Source: an uncultured Eubacteriales bacterium (lineage in GTDB: Bacteria > Bacillota > Clostridia > Christensenellales > CAG-917). Taken from it: a stretch of DNA of 64,000 nt. Of this stretch, positions 27,555 to 37,757 are shown one piece after another. Every line of letters starts with the position of its first letter. The stretch's first letter is position 1. The position numbers were made by a program, and so were the translations under genes. The stretch is from NCBI GenBank assembly GCA_900322215.1, contig ONYW01000001.1, positions 30 to 64,029 on the forward strand, read 5' to 3'. The notes under the pieces were generated by a model. The model saw nothing but the letters and a program-made list of their open reading frames with translations. It had not been told where the DNA came from and did not search any database.

Positions 27555-28766
27555 TTACAAGATATTCTCCACCTCGTCGAGAGTTTTCACGACAAAGTCT
27601 ACGCAGTCAGGCACGTCGTAGCGCTCCTTGCCTCTCGTAAAATAGCAAGTCTTTATCCCAGCGTTTTTGCCTCCCGCCATATCGGACGTGAGCGAATCGC
27701 CGATTATCACACACTCGTCGGGTTCGACGGAGACTCCTCTCTCTTTCATAAACTCGAAACAGCGGTCAAAAAACGCCTTTTCGGGCTTTTGCACGCCGAC
27801 GGCTTCGGACACAAACACAAAGTCAAAATATTTTGCTAAACCCGCGATTTCAAGCCTGTGCTTTTGTTGTTCGTAAGGTCCGTTGCTGGCGGTTGCCAAG
27901 ACGTACTTGCCGTGCAGGTATTCGAGCATCTCTTTCGCGTGCGGTTCGAGGATCGCGTTGTCATAGATTTGTTCTCTGAAAAAGTCTTCGAACTCGTTGC
28001 CGTCGTTGTCTATGCCAAGCACCTCGAATATCTTGCCCCACCTCTTGTCCTGTATGTCCTGAAAGGTGATTTCTCCTCTTTCGTGCCTGAGCCAAAAGTC
28101 CGTGTTTATCCTTTGAAAGACGTCGAACATATACGGCTCGTACGGCAAAAAGCCGAACTTTTCAAAGCCCTCTTTCATTGCCCACTTGACATACTCTTCA
28201 AAGGAGAGCAAGGTGTTGTCAATATCGACAAACACGACTTTTATCGTATCGTTTTGATGTGATAAAGCGTCCGTTTTGCGCCTTGTCAGTTGATATGCGA
28301 TGCGCGGTGAGTGGTCGCGGACATAGATTGTTCCGCACTTTTCAAAGCCAAGACGCGAGAGTGCGGACTGCATGACGACGTTGTCGCGGTGAGTGTCTAT
28401 GCGCACGTTTTCTTTGAACTTCAACGCAAATTCAACCGCGCATTTCAAGACGCCTTTCACAATAAAGTCGCTTGCTATTCGGTGTATCGTCGCATACGGC
28501 TCGTCGTTTTTCCACTCCCCGTCCTCTATCACTTCATAGCACGGATCGGCGTCAAGGAGCAGCGCGAACACGCCGTGGATTCCGTCTTCGTCATATATGA
28601 CAAAGTTCAGTCCCTCTTTCACGTCCTCTTCCACCATATCTCTTGGCGGATACGTCCTGCCCCACTGGTTCGGGTTGCCGGTACGCGCCATAAAATCCTG
28701 CGCTCCGCGGTAGAGTTCGCAAATCCTTTCTATGTCTTTTTCCTGTGCGTGTCTAACTTTTAACAT
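27555..28766 (-). CDS. GNAT acetyltransferase fused to HAD-family (YjjG-like) hydrolase
   Basis: The N-terminal ~165 aa are GNAT-like. The C-terminal part has HAD motifs FVDIDNTLL (DxDxT) and IGDSLTSDMAGGKNAG. Confidence 0.7.
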   Translation of the reverse strand: MLKVRHAQEKDIERICELYRGAQDFMARTGNPNQWGRTYPPRDMVEEDVKEGLNFVIYDEDGIHGVFALLLDADPCYEVIEDGEWKNDEPYATIHRIASDFIVKGVLKCAVEFALKFKENVRIDTHRDNVVMQSALSRLGFEKCGTIYVRDHSPRIAYQLTRRKTDALSHQNDTIKVVFVDIDNTLLSFEEYVKWAMKEGFEKFGFLPYEPYMFDVFQRINTDFWLRHERGEITFQDIQDKRWGKIFEVLGIDNDGNEFEDFFREQIYDNAILEPHAKEMLEYLHGKYVLATASNGPYEQQKHRLEIAGLAKYFDFVFVSEAVGVQKPEKAFFDRCFEFMKERGVSVEPDECVIIGDSLTSDMAGGKNAGIKTCYFTRGKERYDVPDCVDFVVKTLDEVENIL

Positions 28767-29323
28767 CAGTATTCAAGCAGTCTGCCGTAGTCGTTCCACT
28801 CGCCAAACATTCTTCCTTTTTTCGTCTCTTCAATAAGGTGTGCAAGCGCACGTTCGTACGCTGCTTTGTCGCGATTTTTGAAAAACGCCACGTTGTACAT
28901 TCTCACTCTCACGTAGAGTGGAGGAAATTCGAGAAGTTTTTCAAGCACGCCCGCGCGCTCTATCTCCGCCCACACGTCCTCGTCGGGGACAAAGCCCATA
29001 TCGGGGAGCACCGCTCTTCCGCCGTCTCTCATAAGCCCGAGTTTTTCAAGTCTTCTCACTCGCTCTTTGTTGAGTTCCGACCACGGGCTGTTCTTCTTGC
29101 GCGGAGAAAAGCGTTGATAATGCGCGCCGTCCACTATCTTTTGTGTGGAGTCAATCCACCCGAAGCAAAGCGCCTCCTCGACTGCGTCAAGGTAGTAGAA
29201 GCATCCGTCGTCCTTTGGTCTTCCGCGCTTTAGCGTAAGCCAACACTCGGACTCTTTCTCCGCGTTCTTTTCAAGCCAGTCGCGAAACTCCTCTCTGTTT
29301 TTTGCCGTCAAAACGTTTTGCAT
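28766..29323 (-). CDS. YdeI/OmpD-associated family protein
   Basis: 185 aa. EEFRDWLEKN...ECWL...YLDAVEEALCFGWIDS pattern. Confidence 0.65.
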   Translation of the reverse strand: MQNVLTAKNREEFRDWLEKNAEKESECWLTLKRGRPKDDGCFYYLDAVEEALCFGWIDSTQKIVDGAHYQRFSPRKKNSPWSELNKERVRRLEKLGLMRDGGRAVLPDMGFVPDEDVWAEIERAGVLEKLLEFPPLYVRVRMYNVAFFKNRDKAAYERALAHLIEETKKGRMFGEWNDYGRLLEY

Positions 29324-29363
29324 ATCAGTCTACCCCTTTCAAAATCTCATTCTACGAGATTTA

Positions 29364-30413
29364 TCATTTGAGCAGATATGCGAGGAGCAAATCGTAGGTC
29401 TTTTTGAGACCGTCTATGTGCGTGCGCTCATAGCCGTGGCTGTTGGAAGTTCCGAAGCCGATCGCGGCGTGACGAATGTCATAGCCTGCTGAGATTGACG
29501 GATCGCAGTCCGTTCCGTAGTGCGGAGTGAAGATGTCGAGCGCGTAGTCTATATCGTTGTCCTTTGCGAGCGCTCTAAGTTCATTAGTGAGTTCATAGTG
29601 ATAAGGAAAGCGGGAATCCTTTGCAAAGATAGTCACCTTTTTCTCGTCGGATGTCTGCTCAGGGCCCGTCGGTGCGATGTCGACCGCTATCATATCCTTG
29701 ACGCCCGCAGGCAAAACTGTTGTGCCGTGTCCTATCTCCTCGTACTCCGCAAAGTAGAAGTAGACCTTGCGTCCCAACTTCGCCTTTGCTTCTTTCAACT
29801 TTTTTATAACGGCAAAAAGCACCGCAACAGCGGCTTTATCGTCCACAAAACGGGACTTTATGTAGCCGTTTTGAAATTCAAAGCGAGGATAGAGCGCAAT
29901 GACGTCGCCCGTCTCGATGCCGAGTTTTCTTGTATCGTCCGCGCACCTTACGTCCTCGTCGAGCACGATACATACGTCCTTTGCAAAGTCTCCGACGTTC
30001 TTTCTAAGCTCGTCCTCCGTCACGTGAATAGAGTTTGGAGTACGGCAGATAGTGCCCGTATACACCTTGCCGTCACGCGTATAAATTCTCACGTTTTCCG
30101 TCACGCAGTAGAAGGGATAGAGCCCGCCGACAGGCACGACTTTGAGAGTTCCGTCCGCGTTTATATGTCTCACCATAAGCCCTATATCGTCGAGGTGAGC
30201 GGTGACTACAAGCGGATTCCCTTCTCCGCCGAGGTCTGCGATCACTCCGCCCTTGTGAATGACTTCATACGGTGTTGCGAGTTCGTCAAGCATGGAGCAA
30301 ACGAGTTTTTCGATGTCGTCGCACTTGCCTGTCGTAGAGTCACAGTTCACGAGTTTTTCAAAGGTGTCAAGCGTGTATTTCTCATCAAATGCCAAATTGT
30401 CAAACTTTTTCAT
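29364..30413 (-). CDS. M42-family metallopeptidase (glutamyl aminopeptidase/cellulase-like)
   Basis: 349 aa. VTAHLDDIGLMV, DDKAAVAVL and FAEYEEIGHG motifs. Confidence 0.8.
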   Translation of the reverse strand: MKKFDNLAFDEKYTLDTFEKLVNCDSTTGKCDDIEKLVCSMLDELATPYEVIHKGGVIADLGGEGNPLVVTAHLDDIGLMVRHINADGTLKVVPVGGLYPFYCVTENVRIYTRDGKVYTGTICRTPNSIHVTEDELRKNVGDFAKDVCIVLDEDVRCADDTRKLGIETGDVIALYPRFEFQNGYIKSRFVDDKAAVAVLFAVIKKLKEAKAKLGRKVYFYFAEYEEIGHGTTVLPAGVKDMIAVDIAPTGPEQTSDEKKVTIFAKDSRFPYHYELTNELRALAKDNDIDYALDIFTPHYGTDCDPSISAGYDIRHAAIGFGTSNSHGYERTHIDGLKKTYDLLLAYLLK

Positions 30414-30451
30414 AATCTATCTCCAAAATTTTCTTTCGCACAAAATTTGTC

Positions 30452-31429
30452 TTAGTATTTCAAGAACATCTCGCGGATTTTCTCGGTGTCGTTCGTCACT
30501 GTGAGCGCGAGTCGAAGCAACACCGCCGCCTTTTGCGGGGATAAGTTATTTGCGGCTATCGTCTCCTCGACACGAAGCATATCGCTTGTAATGAGACCGT
30601 CGTCCACGCGCGAACTGACTACGACGGGAACGTTCAAAGTCCTTATCATATCTCCGTAGATGAGGCTGAACTCCCCTGCTCCCGCTCCCGCGATGACGAG
30701 TCCGTCCGAGTGTTCCGCGGCGTATTTTAAGAGTTCAGGCGACGCGTCCACGTGGAAATAGAGTATGGACACCTTTGGCAGACGGTCGAGTTTTGACACG
30801 TCAAACTCGCTCTTGTTCGTGTGAGCCTTGTTGGTCGTCTCATACATATACACTTTTCCATCGCGAATGACGCCGATAGCCCCCATACGTCCTGCGGAAA
30901 TTGCGGTGAGTTGATAGGTGCTTGTCTTTGTTACCGAGCGCGCCGAATAGATCCTGTCCGCAAACACGGCGAGAACCCCTTGCCCCTCCGTCTCGCGAGA
31001 CGCCGCGGCGCACACCGCTTGGTAGAGATTCATAGGTCCGTCCGCGGATATAGAAGTCGCGGGGCGCATAGAGCCTGTGATTATCACGCTCTTTTTTGTC
31101 TTCACCGCAAGGTTCAAAAAGTATGCGGTCTCTTCAAGCGTATCCGTGCCGTGCGTGATGACAAAGCCTTTTACGTTGTCGTCCTTTGCCTCGCGGTTGA
31201 TGATAGAGGCGAGTTCGAGCCAAATATCCGCCGTTATATCGTCGGAATTTACGTTGCAAATTTGCATGGTTTCAAGCGGTGCGATATTGTTTATCTCCGG
31301 GATCTCGGAGATGAGTTCGTCCGCCGTCAATTTGCCCGGTCTATACACGGTCGATTTGCCGATTTCACCGACGCCCGCGATAGTTCCGCCCGTTGCAAGA
31401 ATCAAAATTGTTCCTCTTCGTCTTACCAT
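30452..31429 (-). CDS. L-asparaginase
   Basis: ILATGGTIAG and HGTDTLEETAYFL motifs; 325 aa. Confidence 0.85.
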   Translation of the reverse strand: MVRRRGTILILATGGTIAGVGEIGKSTVYRPGKLTADELISEIPEINNIAPLETMQICNVNSDDITADIWLELASIINREAKDDNVKGFVITHGTDTLEETAYFLNLAVKTKKSVIITGSMRPATSISADGPMNLYQAVCAAASRETEGQGVLAVFADRIYSARSVTKTSTYQLTAISAGRMGAIGVIRDGKVYMYETTNKAHTNKSEFDVSKLDRLPKVSILYFHVDASPELLKYAAEHSDGLVIAGAGAGEFSLIYGDMIRTLNVPVVVSSRVDDGLITSDMLRVEETIAANNLSPQKAAVLLRLALTVTNDTEKIREMFLKY

Positions 31430-31466
31430 AATATCTCCTAACTGCTTTTGCGTGCTATTTTCAAGT

Positions 31467-32504
31467 TTACAAACACGCGCTTAGTGCCTCGTCAAGCACT
31501 ATGAGGTCTTCGTCCGTCGTCGCCCAACTTGTCGCAAAGCGGACAACCGTATGTTTCTCGTCGGCTTTCTCCCAAATCTCAAAACGGAGTTTTTGTTTGA
31601 GTTTTTCAAGCACCGAATTGTCAAGCACGACAAACTGTTGATTTGTCGGCGAGTCGATATAGAACTTCACACCGTGCTTTGCCATAATATCTTTCACTTT
31701 TTCCGCCATGACTATTGCGTGTTTACTGATTTCAAAGTACAGGTTGTCCGAAAAGAGCGTATCGAATTGCAAACCGAGAAGTCTTCCCTTTGCCACGAGT
31801 GCGCCACGGCGCTTGATAGATGTCAAAAAGTGTTCGGGCTTTTTGAGGTTTGAAAAGACTATCGCCTCACCGCAAAGCGCTCCGACCTTCGTTCCGCCGA
31901 TATAGAAGACGTCGACGATGTCCGCAAATTCTTTGAGCGTCAAATCGCACGCCTTGCTCGCAAGCCCGTATCCGAGTCTCGCGCCGTCAACAAAGAGCGG
32001 AATGTTATATTCCCTACACACGGCTTTTAGCGCGACAAGCTCCGCCTTTGAATACAGCGTGCCGTACTCGGTCGGATATGACACGTACACCATGCCCGGG
32101 ATCGCCATGTGTTCGTGACTGCCGTCCGCAAAGAAGTCCGCAAGATATTCTCTCACGGTCTTTGACGAAAGCTTTCCGTCCTTGCAGGGGAGTTCGATGA
32201 CCTTGTGCCCGGAATACTCGATAGCCCCCGCCTCGTGCAGGCTTATATGCCCCGTCTTTGCCGCGATAACCGCCTCGTAGTCTTTGAGCAGCGTGGAGAT
32301 GACGACCATATTCGTCTGCGTACCGCCCACGATAAACTCGACGTCCGCGTCCGGCTTTAAGGCGGCAAGACGTATCTTCTCCCTCGCGCTCGCCGTATAC
32401 TCGTCAAAGCCGTAGCCGGGTTGCGGAATGAGATTTGTCTCGACAAATCTTTCCAAAATGCGCGGATGTGCGCCCTGCGTATAATCGCTCTCAAATGAAA
32501 CCAT
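31467..32504 (-). CDS. Threonine aldolase / beta-eliminating lyase family PLP enzyme
   Basis: About 345 aa from the AUG at 32504, which has an AAGGAG RBS. FESDYTQGAHPRIL and GGTKVGA (PLP lysine) motifs. The track's upstream starts lie beyond the CACAC hairpin. Confidence 0.7.
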   Translation of the reverse strand: MVSFESDYTQGAHPRILERFVETNLIPQPGYGFDEYTASAREKIRLAALKPDADVEFIVGGTQTNMVVISTLLKDYEAVIAAKTGHISLHEAGAIEYSGHKVIELPCKDGKLSSKTVREYLADFFADGSHEHMAIPGMVYVSYPTEYGTLYSKAELVALKAVCREYNIPLFVDGARLGYGLASKACDLTLKEFADIVDVFYIGGTKVGALCGEAIVFSNLKKPEHFLTSIKRRGALVAKGRLLGLQFDTLFSDNLYFEISKHAIVMAEKVKDIMAKHGVKFYIDSPTNQQFVVLDNSVLEKLKQKLRFEIWEKADEKHTVVRFATSWATTDEDLIVLDEALSACL

Positions 32505-32516
32505 AATGCTCCTTTG

Positions 32517-32529
32517 CACACTTCGTGTG
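32517..32529. promoter_or_regulatory. CACAC-TTC-GTGTG inverted repeat immediately upstream of the aldolase RBS
   Basis: Exact 13-mer shared with 17991-18003 and 42889-42901. On the mRNA strand it reads CACACGAAGUGUGCAAAGGAG. Confidence 0.4.
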
Positions 32530-32573
32530 TCCATCATTTGTGTACGTTATATCAACAAATTCTTATATTCTTT

Positions 32574-32888
32574 TCAATCTGCGTCTTCATCCAAAGCTTC
32601 TAGAAGAAAACTCACGGGGCGAAATCCGTCGTTGCAGGAAATCATTGCTGATTTTGGGTTTTTCATCCAACCGTCATAGAAGTTTCCGCCGCCATGCGCA
32701 AGCGTCATAACAAACGGTGACACACTATCCCACGCACTGTCGCAGAACCCTTCGGGTTTTTGCCACCCGTTTGCAATATAAACCTTGCCGAGTTCCATAT
32801 CGCAGGCGTGCTCAATTGGATTCTCGTATTTTGCAATCAAGTTGTCATAACTTGCTTTCTTTACAACCGTGATTCTAACCTTTTTCAT
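32574..32888 (-). CDS. TIGR04076-family protein
   Basis: 104 aa. HACDMELGKVY...GFCDSAW...ISCNDGFRPV pattern. Confidence 0.65.
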   Translation of the reverse strand: MKKVRITVVKKASYDNLIAKYENPIEHACDMELGKVYIANGWQKPEGFCDSAWDSVSPFVMTLAHGGGNFYDGWMKNPKSAMISCNDGFRPVSFLLEALDEDAD

Positions 32889-32958
32889 AATTTCTCCATT
32901 GTCATACTTATCTCGGCGTCCGTCTCCATCTTTTTGACGACTATTTCTTTAAGCATGA

Positions 32959-34029
32959 TTATCCTTGATATTGTTGCTCCGCTCTTGTGACTGTGTCGGG
33001 ATAGATCTTTGCAAAGTCGTTTGCCATAGAGATCGAGATCCAGCCCTTTGCCGTGTATTCTGCGGATTTTGTAGCCCAGTCCTGCTTGCCCCATTCGCGG
33101 ACGTTGTCGTCAGCAACCACCATGTAGGCTTGCGTCTTGTATTTGTTTCTCGAATCGATCGTATAGTTTAGCATACTCGAATCACTGCCGCTGTTGCCAA
33201 ACGCGAGCACAGGGCGTTTGCCGATTTCGCGCTCGATATATATAGACTTGTTGGCGTTGAGGTTCTTTTGAATAAAGCCTCCCGTCAGCACCAATTCGTC
33301 GCCGTTTTCATACTTGAAATTCATATTTGAAGACTCTTCCTCATGCCCTTTCACTTTGACTTCGAAGTCCGTGCCGATGACGTGATTCATCGTGACGTAG
33401 TCCTTTATCGGAGAGTTTGCGACGATAGTGCGCGTCGTTGTGCGCTCGGTACCGCTGATGACGTAGATCGTAAAGCCGTTGTCATAGAGGTAGTGCACGA
33501 CTTCCACCATCGGGAGGTAGAAGTTGTCGATATAGCGCATATTGTTGAAACTCTTTGTGTACTTCTTGCCAAAGGACACGACGTAGGCTGAGAACTCTTC
33601 CACCGTCATACCCGCATACGCCTTTGCGAAGTTTCTTGCAAGTTCCTCGCCTGCAAGGTAGCCGGGCTGTATCGCTCTTGCCGCCTCTTTAAGTTCTTCC
33701 GACACCTTTTCCGGGTGATCTTCGAGGCAGTATTCTATGAACATCATCGTGTCATAATAGGTGTAGTAGGTCTCGCACACGAGCGTGCCGTCCATATCGA
33801 ACACCGCTATTCTGTCCTCGACGGGAATAAAGTCGGCGGAGTCCTCGTTTGTCACGTTCGCGACGTAGGAAGTGAGCGCGGAGAGCGCGACTCCCTCGTT
33901 CCAATACTCAAATTTGAATTGCTCTTGCGGGCAAGATTGATCTTTGTTGCATGCGGCAAAGCCGAATACGCTCATAGCCACGACAAGCAAAACTGCTACG
34001 ATAACAATAATACGCTTTGTTTGTTTCAT
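32959..34029 (-). CDS. Secreted HAD-superfamily lipoprotein (phosphatase-like)
   Basis: The AUG at 34029 has a GGAGA RBS. Lipobox FGFAAC, HAD motifs FDMDGTL and FGNSGSDSSM. Confidence 0.6.
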   Translation of the reverse strand: MKQTKRIIVIVAVLLVVAMSVFGFAACNKDQSCPQEQFKFEYWNEGVALSALTSYVANVTNEDSADFIPVEDRIAVFDMDGTLVCETYYTYYDTMMFIEYCLEDHPEKVSEELKEAARAIQPGYLAGEELARNFAKAYAGMTVEEFSAYVVSFGKKYTKSFNNMRYIDNFYLPMVEVVHYLYDNGFTIYVISGTERTTTRTIVANSPIKDYVTMNHVIGTDFEVKVKGHEEESSNMNFKYENGDELVLTGGFIQKNLNANKSIYIEREIGKRPVLAFGNSGSDSSMLNYTIDSRNKYKTQAYMVVADDNVREWGKQDWATKSAEYTAKGWISISMANDFAKIYPDTVTRAEQQYQG

Positions 34030-34056
34030 ATTTATCTCCAAATAATAAAATTCTAT

Positions 34057-34626
34057 TTATTCAAAGTCCACTTTTCCGCTCGCTATGTCATAGACCGCGG
34101 AGACCGTGACAAGGTTTTGAAACGCCTTTTTCAGCTTTTCCGCTTGGAAGTCGGCATTGATTTTGCTTGCAACTCTCTCGCCTTTCTCGCTGCCTATTGC
34201 TTCGCGTATATCTCGGGTGAGAGTGCCGACTCTCCCCTCCGTATCGCCGTGTATCGCAGCTCCTACCGCACCGCACTTGGTATGCCCAATAACAAGCGCG
34301 AGATTCACTCCCAAGTGCTCATGCGCATATTCCACGCTTGCAAGCTCGTGTGCGCCGACGACGTTTCCCGCAACGCGTATGACAAACAAATCGCCGATAC
34401 CGCAAGCAAAAATCGCCTCGGGTATCACGCGCGAGTCCGCGCAGGCAACAACTATCGCAAACGGACGTTGTCCGTTGTCCGCCTTGTCCTGTCTTATCGT
34501 CTCTGACACGTCGCCCGAAAACTCTCCGCTTTTGGCATACCTTTTGTTGCCTTGTTTGAGTCTTTCAAGCGCGTCTTGCCAACTGATATTTTCACAATGG
34601 TTCATAGTCTTCTCTCTATTTTTCAA
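34057..34626 (-). CDS. Beta-class carbonic anhydrase
   Basis: CADSRV and GHTKCGAV zinc-ligand motifs; 189 aa. Confidence 0.85.
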   Translation of the reverse strand: MKNREKTMNHCENISWQDALERLKQGNKRYAKSGEFSGDVSETIRQDKADNGQRPFAIVVACADSRVIPEAIFACGIGDLFVIRVAGNVVGAHELASVEYAHEHLGVNLALVIGHTKCGAVGAAIHGDTEGRVGTLTRDIREAIGSEKGERVASKINADFQAEKLKKAFQNLVTVSAVYDIASGKVDFE

Positions 34627-35422
34627 ACATATCTTTTGCCGACTCTGTCATACTCTCGCTCTTTTTGAGAGACTCGTCGAGCATCTTCTCGGCGGTTTGC
34701 GGAAAGTCCGAATATATCACTTTGCTTCCCACCTCGGTTATACCGCCCTTTGTGGCAACGCGAGATACGACTTCTTCAAAAGTCATGCCGTTTTTCAGCA
34801 TAAGTTCGCCCGTTGCGTGGAGCGTGTTCAGCACCATATCGACGATTTGCTCCTTTTTGATGGTCGTAAACTCGGTTGCCCGCTCGCAAATCACGTCGAA
34901 CATAGACGCGATAAACCCGGGCATACAACTGACGAGTTCCGAGCAAATGGCAATTTCGCTTTCAGGTATCTCAATAACGTTGCCAATGACAGAAAGCAGG
35001 TCTTTAAGTGCCGTTTTTGCTGCGTCATCTACCGTTTTTTGAAAACTGACAAGCGTCTCGGAGCGGTTTATCTCCGCCGTGAGGCTCGGAATAACCACCG
35101 CATATTTGCAGTCAGCCACCTTCTCCATGAGTTCAAACGGAATGCTCCCGTTGAGCGACACGACAAGCGCACCTTTGCGCGTGTGTCCCTTTATGTCTTC
35201 AAGCACAGTCTTGACGTCTCCGAAGCGCACGCACACAAACAAAATGTCCGCGCACTCCGCCACTTCCGCATTTGTCGCAAGAATTGTATATTCGTCGGGC
35301 GCCTGAACGATTTTTTCAAGAGTTCTGTTTGTGACAAACAACCTCTCCGCCTTGCCTGCCTCGGCAAATCGTTCAAGCAACATCCTGCCCATACTTCCGT
35401 ATCCGATAATTCCAACGTTCAT
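34616..35422 (-). CDS. proC: Pyrroline-5-carboxylate reductase
   Basis: 268 aa. N-terminal IGYGSMG Rossmann motif and C-terminal ATKGGITE motif. Confidence 0.8.
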   Translation of the reverse strand: MNVGIIGYGSMGRMLLERFAEAGKAERLFVTNRTLEKIVQAPDEYTILATNAEVAECADILFVCVRFGDVKTVLEDIKGHTRKGALVVSLNGSIPFELMEKVADCKYAVVIPSLTAEINRSETLVSFQKTVDDAAKTALKDLLSVIGNVIEIPESEIAICSELVSCMPGFIASMFDVICERATEFTTIKKEQIVDMVLNTLHATGELMLKNGMTFEEVVSRVATKGGITEVGSKVIYSDFPQTAEKMLDESLKKSESMTESAKDMFEK

Positions 35423-35440
35423 TTTTCTCTCCGATGATAA

Positions 35441-35953
35441 TTACAGTTTTAAGACAGCCGGCATTTCATCCCAGTTGTCGCCATCATAGACGTCGGGCAC
35501 TTCCTCAAAGCCAAAGGAAGCATACATCTTTTTTGCCACTTCGTTTTCAGGCTCATAGCTGAGCCAAGCGTATTCCGCCTTTCCGCAAGGCCAAGTCTTG
35601 ATATAATCAAGCACTTGTTTGAACGCCTCTTTACCGTAGCCTCTGCCCTGATAGCGTTTGTCAATCATAAACCGCCAAATAAGATAGTTGCCTTTCAAAA
35701 ACCAGCACTTCTTTGGATCGTCATCGTCATCAAGCGGAACGTCATAGCCGATCATCACGAAACCAATTGGGCTATCTCCGTTGTAAATGCCGAAAGGCAA
35801 AGCCGTCATCCCGCTCTCTCTTGCGGCAAACGCTTCTGCAAGACTTGCCATATTGCTTGCGACAAAGTTTTTTTGCGCTTTTTTTACGCGCAGTTTGCAG
35901 ATTTCAAAGGCATTGTCATAGTTTATTTTTGCAAGGTGTATATTTGTTTTCAT
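35441..35953 (-). CDS. GNAT-family N-acetyltransferase
   Basis: 170 aa with a RYQGRGYGKEA acetyl-CoA-binding motif. Confidence 0.75.
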   Translation of the reverse strand: MKTNIHLAKINYDNAFEICKLRVKKAQKNFVASNMASLAEAFAARESGMTALPFGIYNGDSPIGFVMIGYDVPLDDDDDPKKCWFLKGNYLIWRFMIDKRYQGRGYGKEAFKQVLDYIKTWPCGKAEYAWLSYEPENEVAKKMYASFGFEEVPDVYDGDNWDEMPAVLKL

Positions 35954-36885
35954 AGTTTTCTTTTTATAAATGTCTCCACTTGTTTTTTATCCTTTATTGC
36001 GGTTATCGCTCCGACTTCCGTTGAGCATATCGCACCGCAGGCGTTGGCAAAAGTCAACGCGTCTTCTATGTTTTTGCCACTCAGTATTTCACACGCAAAG
36101 CCTGCGAGCAGGTTGTCCCCCGCGCCCGTCGTGTCAACGGCGTTTATGTCGTATGCGGGGAGCAAAATCGTCTTTTCGGCGTTTTTGAAGAAGCACCCCT
36201 TCCCGCCGAGTTTGACGATGACGTTTTTCACTCCGTATGACAAAAAGACGTCCGCCATCTTTTCAGGCTCTTGCTCGCCTGTAAAATATTTGCCCTCGTC
36301 CTCGTTTGGAGTGATATAGTCGATATACGGCAAAGACTCCTTGACGTCTTCGAGGCTTATCTTTGCAAAATTCGGGATTTTGGTGTCCGCAAACACGAGA
36401 ATATTGTTTTTGTGCGCGTATTCGCACACGGCTTTTATGATAGACGGATCGTCAAACGGCGCGCGGAAGAGCGAGCCGAGCACAACCCCTTTTGCGCCTT
36501 TCAAGCACTCCAAATACTTTTCCGGGTGGAAGTTGTATTTGTGAGCGAGGTTTGTGATAGACTTGCGACTGCCGTCGTCCTCGACGAGCATGGTCGTGAC
36601 GGGAGTTTTTGCGTTATCACGCACGACAAAGCGAGTATCTACGCCGTGCTTTTCAAGTGCGGAGACGACCATACTCCCTTCCGCGTCCTTGCCGAGGTGG
36701 GCGAGGATAGCCGTCCTTGCCCCGAGTTTCGCCGCGGTTATCACGCCGTTGACAGCCTCTCCGCCGACGTTTATGGAGCAACTTTTTGCCCTATACCCGC
36801 TTGCGGAAACAGGCTCTTTGTCAAAGCCTTGCACAATAACGTCGATAAGCGACATTCCAATGTAAACGATGTCACAATTTTTCAT
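35950..36885 (-). CDS. PfkB-family carbohydrate kinase
   Basis: 311 aa. GGEAVNG and DTTGAGDNLLAGF motifs. Confidence 0.8.
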   Translation of the reverse strand: MKNCDIVYIGMSLIDVIVQGFDKEPVSASGYRAKSCSINVGGEAVNGVITAAKLGARTAILAHLGKDAEGSMVVSALEKHGVDTRFVVRDNAKTPVTTMLVEDDGSRKSITNLAHKYNFHPEKYLECLKGAKGVVLGSLFRAPFDDPSIIKAVCEYAHKNNILVFADTKIPNFAKISLEDVKESLPYIDYITPNEDEGKYFTGEQEPEKMADVFLSYGVKNVIVKLGGKGCFFKNAEKTILLPAYDINAVDTTGAGDNLLAGFACEILSGKNIEDALTFANACGAICSTEVGAITAIKDKKQVETFIKRKL

Positions 36886-37745
36886 ATATTCTTGTACAGT
36901 TCATAGACGTCATGCCCTTTGGGGACGTCTTTTAGTTCGCCTCTAAGCAAATAGCCGTTCTTTTTGAAGAACCCGATATTCCAATCGCCCGCATTCGTCA
37001 AAACCATAGGCGCAGCGTTTTCCTTTGCGAATTTATCCACTTCTTTCAAAAGATACGTGCCAAGGCCTTGACACCTAAACGGCTCTTCCACCCATATTGC
37101 AATGACAAAGCCGTTCAAGCCCTTTTCCACGTCTGCGATAACACCTGCCACAAACTTGCCGTTCTCGTCCACGAGTTTTTTTGAAAAATCAACGGATTCG
37201 CATTTTTCCTCATAGAGATTGCTGTATGCGCTGATACCGTCGTCGATGACGTCTGCGTCGTCGTCATTGCCAAACGACACTTTGAATTTCGTTCCGCTGT
37301 TGTTTGTCGGCACGTACTCCGGGACATCTTTTTCAAGATATTTGACCAGCGAATAACTGATATGGCCGTTTGCCTTTTTGAGAGTTGTAAAAACCTCAAA
37401 TCCGTGTTTTTCGTAGAACGGTCTTGCCATATAACTTGCGGTGCCAAGTGTAATAACTCTGTACCCCTTCTCTTTGGCAATACGCACTATTTCGCGGATG
37501 ATCATTGAGCCTATACCTTGGTGGCGATAGTCTTCTTTCACCCAAAGATCATTGACGAACAATCTTGCCCACCGATATTCGTAGGCTTCTGCGATGCATC
37601 CGCCGATGATTTCACCGTCTTCGTTCTCGACTTTGAGGACAAACTCTTCCTCTTCTTTTTCCACTTCGTGCGGGACGATTCCGTTTATTCTCTCGCCGAT
37701 ATATTTTGCTTCATCCTTTTCTAAATCTTTAAGTCTAAACTCCAT
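36882..37745 (-). CDS. Tandem double-GNAT acetyltransferase
   Basis: 287 aa with two GNAT cores (HQGIGSMIIRE; CQGLGTYLLKE). Confidence 0.7.
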   Translation of the reverse strand: MEFRLKDLEKDEAKYIGERINGIVPHEVEKEEEEFVLKVENEDGEIIGGCIAEAYEYRWARLFVNDLWVKEDYRHQGIGSMIIREIVRIAKEKGYRVITLGTASYMARPFYEKHGFEVFTTLKKANGHISYSLVKYLEKDVPEYVPTNNSGTKFKVSFGNDDDADVIDDGISAYSNLYEEKCESVDFSKKLVDENGKFVAGVIADVEKGLNGFVIAIWVEEPFRCQGLGTYLLKEVDKFAKENAAPMVLTNAGDWNIGFFKKNGYLLRGELKDVPKGHDVYELYKNI

Positions 37746-37757
37746 TTGTATTCTCCG